Origin: Candidatus Bathyarchaeota archaeon
GTDB taxonomy: Archaea > Thermoproteota > Bathyarchaeia > Bathyarchaeales > Bathycorpusculaceae
DNA length: 64,000 nt
Direction: 5' to 3'
NCBI GenBank assembly: GCA_963826715.1
Contig: CAWGYA010000006.1
Coordinates: 128,001-192,000, forward strand
Below, piece by piece: positions 57,420-64,000 of the stretch. The notes under the pieces are model-generated. The model was not told where the DNA came from, did not search any database, and was given only the letters and a program-made list of their open reading frames with translations. A program made the position numbers and the translations under genes. The stretch's first letter is position 1. Every line of letters begins with the position of its first letter.

Positions 57420-59384
57420 CTATTTGATCCGTTCCAGTCGAAGCGTATTTAGAAGTAATAACAGAGTTACACCATCATCCCCTGATGCCACTGTGAACCA
57501 AAGCGGAGTCAAACCCAAGAGACCTAGCGTGCCCAAAATTAGCTTAACCACAAGAGAGGCAGCAATATTTTGTTTAGCAATCACCATAGTTTTTTTGCTG
57601 AGTTTTAACAGATATGGAATCTGAACCAACTGATCTTTAACCAGCACCACATCTGCCGATTCCAACGCAACATCAGCTCCCCTTGCACCCAACGCTATGC
57701 CCACATCCGACGCGGCTAACGCTGGTGCATCATTAACACCATCGCCCACCATAGCCACCAAACCATTTTTACCCTTCATTTCATCAATACACTGAAGCTT
57801 ATCCTCAGGGAACAGCCCCGCATGTACATCATCTATCCCAAGGAATTTTGCAGTGTCTTCGGCTATGGCTTGATTGTCGCCTGTTAAAATAGAAGTTTTG
57901 ATTTGCTGATCTTTGAGTTGATGAATCGCCGACAAGGCGTCTTCGCGCACCTCATCAACCACACAAACCGCCGCCAAACCTACCTTGCCAACTGAGACGC
58001 AAACAGCGGTATGGATATCACCCGATGTGATTTCAAAGGCTTGAGTGCAGTTACAACCTAGTTCCCGCATGAATTCAAGGTTACCGATAGCGACATGCTT
58101 GTCGTTTACTAAACCTGCGATACCTTTACCGGGGACCTCAACGACATCTGTAACAGTTAACTTGCTTAAGTCGATTCCCCGCTGAGTTGCCCGACGCACA
58201 ATCGCCTGCGCAATCGGATGATTAGAAAACTGGTCTAGAGCTGCAGCATACATTATTGGCTCATCCTCAGCTCGTGAAATATCAACCCTCCGCACCTCAT
58301 GCACCACTTGCCTCCCAAGGGTAAGCGTTCCAGTTTTATCGAAAACCACATGCTTGACTTGGGCGAGTTTCTCTATGAAAACTCCACCTTTAACGATTAT
58401 GCCTCGCTTTGCTGCGATGGTTATAGCAATGAATACAGTGGCGGGAACCGAAATGATAAACGCGCTTGGGCAAGAAACCACCAACAGAATCAGCGATCGA
58501 TAAAACCACGTCTGGAAAGTGCCTCCAACCAAAAATGGCATTGCCCCAGCTGTGAAGATCGCGAGCAAAACCACGATGGGTACATAGACTCTAGCAAAAC
58601 GGTCCACCAGCCTCTCTATACTGGCTTTGCGTTTCTGCGACTCCACGACGAGCTGCACGATGCGGGAAACCAATGTTTCAGAAGATTTTTTTGTGACTTC
58701 AATTTTGAGTAGACCTCCTGTGTTCAAGGTGCCAGCGTAAACGCAATCGTTGATTTTTTTAGGCACAGGCACTGACTCCCCCGTCACCAAAGCCTGATCC
58801 ACGTGAGAGAAGCCTTCAACAACGTTACCATCGAGCGGGACGCGTTCACCGGGTTTCACAAGTACCGTTACGCCTACTTCGACTTCGCCAACGTTAACGC
58901 TATACTCTTTGGCATCGCTCCCGATTACCCGAGCTTTTTCGGGGATAATTTTGCTGATTTTTTCTACAGTACGTTTGGCGCGGTTTTGGATATAGCCTTC
59001 AAAGTATTCGGCTAAGCTGTAAAGGAACAGTACCGTAGCTGCTTCAAAGCGGTAATCCAGCGCCAACGCACCTAAGCCTGCAACTGCCATAAGAAACTCG
59101 ACGCTAAATTGGCGTTTAACAATGAGTTCTTTTAGGCCAATCACGCCAATATAGGTGGATGCAGTTACAATAGCACTATAATAGAGAATCATAGAAACTG
59201 AAACGGAGATATTAAGAAAGGGTACCATGAAGCCAAGACTGATTCCATCTGCGAAGAGATCCAGCGCGCCTGCAACTGCTATGGTTATACCTAGCCAAAC
59301 GGTAAATGCAACTAACACACGTTTACTTTCTTCTTCGCCCATTACGGTTGTTTCTGTTTCGGGTTTTTCTTCACATGTGCCCAT
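57420..59384 (-). CDS. heavy-metal P1B-type ATPase (Zn/Cd-type, CPS motif, no N-terminal HMA domain)
   Basis: TGES, VSCPSA, DKTGT, HP, TGDN, GDGVNDAP. Confidence 0.92.
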   Translation of the reverse strand: MGTCEEKPETETTVMGEEESKRVLVAFTVWLGITIAVAGALDLFADGISLGFMVPFLNISVSVSMILYYSAIVTASTYIGVIGLKELIVKRQFSVEFLMAVAGLGALALDYRFEAATVLFLYSLAEYFEGYIQNRAKRTVEKISKIIPEKARVIGSDAKEYSVNVGEVEVGVTVLVKPGERVPLDGNVVEGFSHVDQALVTGESVPVPKKINDCVYAGTLNTGGLLKIEVTKKSSETLVSRIVQLVVESQKRKASIERLVDRFARVYVPIVVLLAIFTAGAMPFLVGGTFQTWFYRSLILLVVSCPSAFIISVPATVFIAITIAAKRGIIVKGGVFIEKLAQVKHVVFDKTGTLTLGRQVVHEVRRVDISRAEDEPIMYAAALDQFSNHPIAQAIVRRATQRGIDLSKLTVTDVVEVPGKGIAGLVNDKHVAIGNLEFMRELGCNCTQAFEITSGDIHTAVCVSVGKVGLAAVCVVDEVREDALSAIHQLKDQQIKTSILTGDNQAIAEDTAKFLGIDDVHAGLFPEDKLQCIDEMKGKNGLVAMVGDGVNDAPALAASDVGIALGARGADVALESADVVLVKDQLVQIPYLLKLSKKTMVIAKQNIAASLVVKLILGTLGLLGLTPLWFTVASGDDGVTLLLLLNTLRLERIK

Positions 59385-59770
59385 GGGTATTCCCAGAAGT
59401 GTCAAAAATAATTGTCAATAAAGAGTAAGGCTTGAAATAAAAGTATGTAGGTACAAGCCCCGGAAAAGTGGTTGTTTAAAGCATGTAATAGTGGCACAAT
59501 GCTGGGTGACTTAAAAATGGTTTTTTCTGTCGACAAATTTACATAACAAGCATGTTTCCTACGAAAAAAATAACACAGAAGCAAACTGAAAATATTGACG
59601 AGGTAGGTTTCTTTATTGCGAACGTCACTTTTTAAACATTGTTTCTGCATTTGAGGAGGGTTGTCAAGCATTTTCTTAGAAAAAAGTTACCGAAAGTGAC
59701 AGTCCGGTTTGATTCGCTACAAAAAGTTGTGCATTATTTTTTGTGTTTTTTATGGTGTAAGTCCAATTGA

Positions 59771-59816
59771 TCTCTTCTTTTGAGTTGGTACTTCTAACTC
59801 AGAAAGAGGATTTTTT
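59771..59816 (+). terminator. stem-loop followed by a T-run
   Basis: TCTTCTTTTGAGTTGG-TACTT-CTAACTCAGAAAGAGGA then TTTTTT. Confidence 0.35.
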
Positions 59817-60096
59817 AGTTGTTTCGGTCCAAGATAGGTGGTGATGACATGATTGGGTTTAAAACATTCTTGTTGAGTTTTTAGTTTATCATGCGTCTTG
59901 AGCACTAATTACAATACGCGATGGTTTTCCAGGTCCAATAAATGTAGGAAAATAATCAACTGCACAGCAAGCCTATATAGATCAAAATATGGAAGCAATT
60001 CTATGTTTATCTACCCGTTTACTATTTTTAGGTCAATGGATGCAGGGAGCCAAAAACGCTGAAACTTTAATAAAGCCAAAACCTCGAATATAGACC

Positions 60097-60600
60097 ATGC
60101 CTAAGCCCTCCAAAATCCGTCCTAAATCCAAAGTGAAGCCTAAGCCCAAGCAAAAGGGAAAAGCTACGCCTGAGACGCCGGGCATAACGATGCAAAAGTC
60201 ATATTGGGTAGTGCTTGAAGGACTCATGGTAGTTTTCGTTTCGATTTTGGGCACAGTTTCGGGTTTGACTATAGCTACTGTGGCAGCTTTGAATGTTGCC
60301 ATCGCTGTGACAGTTGCGTTGGTGGGTTATATCCGCGTGACGCCTTCCAAGCTGTCAATTAGCAAACGTGCCACGTTCATCTTTGCAGGGGTTTCCATAA
60401 TCGGCTTTAGCATTTGGGCGATCATTACCCTTTACGCTAACGCCAATGGAATCCTGTTGCAGATAGCGCAAGCGGTAGGGGGCCAGGTCTTTATAGTGAC
60501 AAGTCTTGTTACCTGCCTCTCAGCGGGGGCTTTTGCTGGCGAGTTAATTGGGCAGAATCGAAGAGTACAAGAGCGACTTTTTCCACCAAAAATGGATTAA
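60097..60600 (+). CDS. 4-TM membrane protein with a Lys/Pro-rich N-terminus
   Basis: Four hydrophobic segments. Confidence 0.7.
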   Translation: MPKPSKIRPKSKVKPKPKQKGKATPETPGITMQKSYWVVLEGLMVVFVSILGTVSGLTIATVAALNVAIAVTVALVGYIRVTPSKLSISKRATFIFAGVSIIGFSIWAIITLYANANGILLQIAQAVGGQVFIVTSLVTCLSAGAFAGELIGQNRRVQERLFPPKMD

Positions 60601-60683
60601 ATAGATAACTGTGTTTGGCAGATGCGCGCGGAAGCTTTAAGAGTACAAGCTTTAGCATTTTCTAACTGCAAGGACAGACCCCA

Positions 60684-61562
60684 ATGAAATTCGGCATCAT
60701 GACACGCAACCCAGAAGCATGGAGCAGCTCACAAGTCCGTGAGGCTCTGACCAAACGCGGCATAGAATATGAATGCTTCACTTTTCCCCGTTTAGTTGCA
60801 CGCATAGCCTATAAACCCTACTTTAAAATTAATAACATAAGTATCTTGGACGACTTAGATGCCCTCATCATTCGCCCAATCGGACGCGGTAGCCTTGAGG
60901 AACTCGTGTTCCGAATGGACATGCTCTACAAGCTGGAACGTCAAGGTTTCTATATGGTCAACCCTCCTGCCGCGATTGAACATTGCGTAGACAAATACGA
61001 CATACTCTCGTTGCTCGAAGATGTCGGGGTCCCCGTGCCGCGAACCCTTGCGACCGAGAGCGTAAACGAAGCCATAAAAGCTTTCGCCGAACTCGGCGGC
61101 GATGTAATCGTAAAACCTATTTTCGGTTCACGCGGTCAAGGCGCAACTCGGGTAAACGATATTGATATCGCCGACACCATCTTCAAAGCCATCACCTTTC
61201 ATCACGGCGTAATCTACATCCAGGAATTCGTGCCACATGGAACCAGCGACATTAGAGCCTTTGTCATAGGTGACCAAGTAGTATCCTCGATGCGCCGAGT
61301 AGCAGAAGGTTGGAAAACCAACTACAGTCGTGGAGCCAAACCCGCTCCAGCAAGAATTAATAGGGAATTTGAAGAAATAGCTATCAAATCTGCAAAGGCA
61401 GTTGGATGCAAAATTGCAGGAGTAGACATCTTGGAGGGCCCTGATGGTCCTCGGATTGTGGATGTTAATAGCCAGCCGGGTTGGAAGGGTCTGCAGGTTG
61501 TAGCAGACGTGAATATAGGCGATGAAATCGTCAAGTTTGTCCTTCAAGAACTCAAGAAATAG
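60684..61562 (+). CDS. RimK-family ATP-grasp alpha-L-glutamate ligase
   Basis: DKY, VPRT, VKPIFGSRGQG, IQEFV, DIRAFV, WKTNYSRGA, GVDIL, DVNSQPG. Confidence 0.9.
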   Translation: MKFGIMTRNPEAWSSSQVREALTKRGIEYECFTFPRLVARIAYKPYFKINNISILDDLDALIIRPIGRGSLEELVFRMDMLYKLERQGFYMVNPPAAIEHCVDKYDILSLLEDVGVPVPRTLATESVNEAIKAFAELGGDVIVKPIFGSRGQGATRVNDIDIADTIFKAITFHHGVIYIQEFVPHGTSDIRAFVIGDQVVSSMRRVAEGWKTNYSRGAKPAPARINREFEEIAIKSAKAVGCKIAGVDILEGPDGPRIVDVNSQPGWKGLQVVADVNIGDEIVKFVLQELKK

Positions 61563-62550
61563 ACATCATCATAGTGTAGGGATCGACAGCGGTTATTGGA
61601 AAAGCCTGTGGCTTACCGTTTTTAGTTAGACACCGCTTTTTTGTTTTTGTGAATTCTCCTATGAAATACCCCGTAAGTCCTAACTTTTCTAAAGCTTCTT
61701 TGACTTCTTGTTGCGACTCTGGTTTAACAGCCGCCAAAATTGTACCAGTAGAAGACATCGCCAACAACTGTTCAGCACTGAGACCAAAATGGACTTGCAG
61801 CATCAAAGCCTCTTCTGGAAAAGGAATCATGCCCCAGTCCACTCGAAAACCTAGCTTTGATGCTACCGCCAGTTCGTTTAGCGCAGTGACAAAGCCACCC
61901 TCCGTCGCATCGTGCATCGCATGGATACCGCCGATTTTTGCAAGCACCAACGCCTCTTTTACACAACTCTGCATGGTAACAAGGTTTGCATATTGTTTCT
62001 GTTTAGCCGCACCGAAGAGTTTCTTTGCTGGTTCTAAATTTGCAAGGGCAAAATTTGTGATCGTCTCTATGCCTAAAGGTTTAGTGCATAAAATTAGGTC
62101 GCCTTCCTTTGCCCCACCGGATGTTATAAAACGCTTGGGTTCAATGGACCCGTAGATAGTACAAACACCCAGAAGGTCTTTTAAACTATCATACATACCA
62201 GTGTGACCACGAACGATAGCTATACCCAATTCGTCTGCAGCGCGACAAGTTTGCACCATGACCCTTTGGAAACGTTGGGGGTCAATTGACCGCGGGCCAA
62301 GCAGCGTGATTGTACAGAACTCTGGCTTAGCACCAGATAGAGCCACATCCGATGCAGCATAGTTAATGAGGAACCAACCGAACCATTCCTCTGGCACTCC
62401 AGTGCAGGGGTCTGTAGCAACCGCCACAACTTTGTCGCCTAAAAGATGCACACCTGAATCGAAACCGATTTGAGGCGGCACAATAACGCGATTATCCACT
62501 TTTATGCAATCGAGCATTTTTTGAAGCTCTTTGCTACATAGTTTGCCCAT
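61552..62550 (-). CDS. AIR synthase/ThiL/HypE-fold ATP-binding protein
   Basis: MGKL, GFDSG, ATDP, NYAASDVALSGA, GHTG, AMHDATEGG, STGT. Confidence 0.85.
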   Translation of the reverse strand: MGKLCSKELQKMLDCIKVDNRVIVPPQIGFDSGVHLLGDKVVAVATDPCTGVPEEWFGWFLINYAASDVALSGAKPEFCTITLLGPRSIDPQRFQRVMVQTCRAADELGIAIVRGHTGMYDSLKDLLGVCTIYGSIEPKRFITSGGAKEGDLILCTKPLGIETITNFALANLEPAKKLFGAAKQKQYANLVTMQSCVKEALVLAKIGGIHAMHDATEGGFVTALNELAVASKLGFRVDWGMIPFPEEALMLQVHFGLSAEQLLAMSSTGTILAAVKPESQQEVKEALEKLGLTGYFIGEFTKTKKRCLTKNGKPQAFPITAVDPYTMMMSIS

Positions 62551-62551
62551 T

Positions 62552-63100
62552 TTATAAATACGCCTTCAACGCTTTACTTGCCTGCAGCAGTAAAACTGCG
62601 AACACCGTAATGCCCAGTTCAGGCAAAATATAGCTGGCGTTGTACACCGCAGAGTATAGTAAGGGGTCAACATTTGGTGCATAAATTGGCGCCCAATAGG
62701 CTACTCCTGAAATGAAACTCATCACAAAGCGCAAAGATACACCTACCGCTGCACCAGCAACTGGATACCTTGAGAAAAACCCAGCTATCCCCAAAACACC
62801 AAACGCCAACGGGTAATCAAGTAACACTTGGAAAGGATCAATTGCATAAGGCATGATTGCAAACTGGATAAAACCATAGAGTACAGCGGCAATTACACCA
62901 ACTTTTGGTCCTCTTCGCAACGCCAACCAAATAATAGGCACCATCGACGCCAGCGTTATAGAGCCCCCCTGCGGCATAACATAAACCACGATAGTGCTTA
63001 ACGCCGTCGCCAATGCTGTGAAAATTGCAGCTTCAGCTAAAACTTTTGGATTTCTAAAAGAATTTGGTTTTTGATATTCACTTTTATATGAAGTACTCAT
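62552..63100 (-). CDS. thiT: energy-coupled thiamine transporter ThiT (S component)
   Basis: MPQGGSITLASMVPI, QVLLDYPLAF, FISGV.YW, YSAVYNASY; TPP riboswitch upstream. Confidence 0.92.
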   Translation of the reverse strand: MSTSYKSEYQKPNSFRNPKVLAEAAIFTALATALSTIVVYVMPQGGSITLASMVPIIWLALRRGPKVGVIAAVLYGFIQFAIMPYAIDPFQVLLDYPLAFGVLGIAGFFSRYPVAGAAVGVSLRFVMSFISGVAYWAPIYAPNVDPLLYSAVYNASYILPELGITVFAVLLLQASKALKAYL

Positions 63101-63103
63101 CTT

Positions 63104-63195
63104 TTTCCCTCCGCCAGTATTACCTGGTTCAGGTTCACAGGGTCGACAGAAGAAACTATCCTCTCAGCCGGGTCATTTCCCAGCTCCCCAAGAAC
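63104..63195 (-). ncRNA. TPP (THI-box) riboswitch
   Basis: Minus strand UUCUUGGGGAGCUGGG..CCCGGCUGAGAGG..GACCCUGUGAACCUGAACCAGGUAAUACUGGCGGAGGGAA matches the TPP aptamer consensus. Confidence 0.93.
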
Positions 63196-63294
63196 TAAAA
63201 AAGAGATAGCGGACACGAATAATATTAGTTTTGTGTCCAAAAAGGAGGTTTAGTATGGAAGAGATTTTAAAGCAGAAACATAAAATCCGAAGTC

Positions 63295-63586
63295 ACTAAG
63301 AAAACCTTCGTCTCCACGCCCCAATCCGAGTAAACCGCACCGGCTACAACGGGGAAAGAGCGAGTTTCCGAAGTGTTTTTAGCCGCATAGAAAAAGGCCG
63401 AGTTGTCGCTGGGTTGAAGACTGTAGCTGAAACATAGGAAGCGATTCCGTGCTTGTAGGTTTGCGAGATTCCAACGAGCTATGCGAGTTGGGTGTAACCT
63501 GTGTTTTGGTTTTCTAGCCCTTGGAGGAAAGAGGAAAACCCAACACCATCGCAACGGCAACGTGTCCCCTAGACACCCCTTAAGGA
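63295..63586 (+). ncRNA. putative structured non-coding RNA of unknown family
   Basis: Many stems (CGGCTACA/TGTAGCTG, GGAA-GCGA-TTCC, AGGTT/AACCT enclosing CCAAC/GTTGG, GTGTTTTGGTTTTC/GAAAACCCAACAC, GTGTC/GACAC); BRE-TATA-like GAAGAGATTTTAAAG at ~63258-63272. Confidence 0.4.
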
Positions 63587-63749
63587 AGATTACTAAAGCA
63601 GATGCTGTGATTTGAGCTACTTTTGCTAGATTCAAAACAAGAAAGATATTTTGGTGCCGCAGTCAAAACCTTAAAGATACAAAAAAATTGATGGGACAAT
63701 TCGTCTTTAAATAGCATGACATCAAAAATAGGTGTTTCACCTGTTTATT

Positions 63750-64000
63750 TTAAGGATTTTTGCAGATATCACTTTTTTCCGCCGAGTCTTCTTGGTTTTT
63801 TACTCGGGTAACACGACCTGCAAGAAAAGGAATTATGAGCGACATAATTAGTGTTCCAAGTATTACCAATGAAAAACCGGCTTCATCAATGAATCCTTCG
63901 CCGAAAGCAACCGTTGCAATAACGATTCCAATAGCGCCTCTACCACCCAAGATACCAGCTAGCCGCTTAGGAGATACATCCACCTCGGGCTTCAACGCTT
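63750..64000 (-). CDS. C-terminus of a cation:proton antiporter (runs off the window)
   Basis: GGRGAIGIVIATVAF..GFID..GFSLVILGTLIMSLIIP. Confidence 0.7.
   Translation of the reverse strand, partial: ALKPEVDVSPKRLAGILGGRGAIGIVIATVAFGEGFIDEAGFSLVILGTLIMSLIIPFLAGRVTRVKNQEDSAEKSDICKNP

Noticed and set aside
59402-59671. 89-aa ORF as an ArsR regulator or metal-binding domain of the ATPase
   Set aside because: No HTH or CxxC motif; composition looks non-coding.
63267-63635. 122-aa minus-strand ORF; also RNase P RNA, SRP RNA or cobalamin riboswitch
   Set aside because: The protein has no recognisable features. The GAGGAAAG near 63524 lacks the following GUCC and a matching 3' P4 strand; no SRP helix-8 motif or B12 box was found.

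Overview
Archaeal chromosomal window. Gene content (archaeal Rpo5, Dph5, CTP-dependent riboflavin kinase, pantoate kinase, geranylgeranyl reductase, archaeal AsnA) and frequent TTG starts suggest Bathyarchaeia; this is an inference, not a search result. Most of the window is housekeeping and cofactor metabolism: riboflavin/FAD, cobamide salvage, CoA, thiamine uptake, MetRS, PEPCK and thiolase. Four things stand out. (1) An AT-rich accessory block (~3.1-17.9 kb) holds a DUF4011-helicase-Vsr-type defence gene and decayed gene remnants. It also holds two tandem cassettes, each a secreted caspase/gingipain-fold (His-Cys dyad) protein followed by a PepSY-like partner. Both cassettes carry the same TAGGACA/TGTCCTA operator and lie next to a membrane-anchored winged-helix regulator. 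(2) A four-gene cluster (36.1-43.7 kb) encodes two unusual tubulin/FtsZ-superfamily proteins, one with intact GTPase motifs and a ~440-aa coiled-coil insertion and one apparently catalytically dead, plus two membrane proteins. (3) A clear TPP riboswitch sits directly on the thiT ribosome-binding site, followed by a ~300-nt unexplained structured RNA candidate. (4) A triple palindromic operator lies in front of a radical SAM-dinB operon, with an unannotated divergent 56-aa zinc-finger gene. Several genes seem to use ATT/ATC/ATA starts or carry single frameshifts or stops. No rRNA, tRNA, CRISPR array or intact transposase was seen. All product calls are from motif recognition only.
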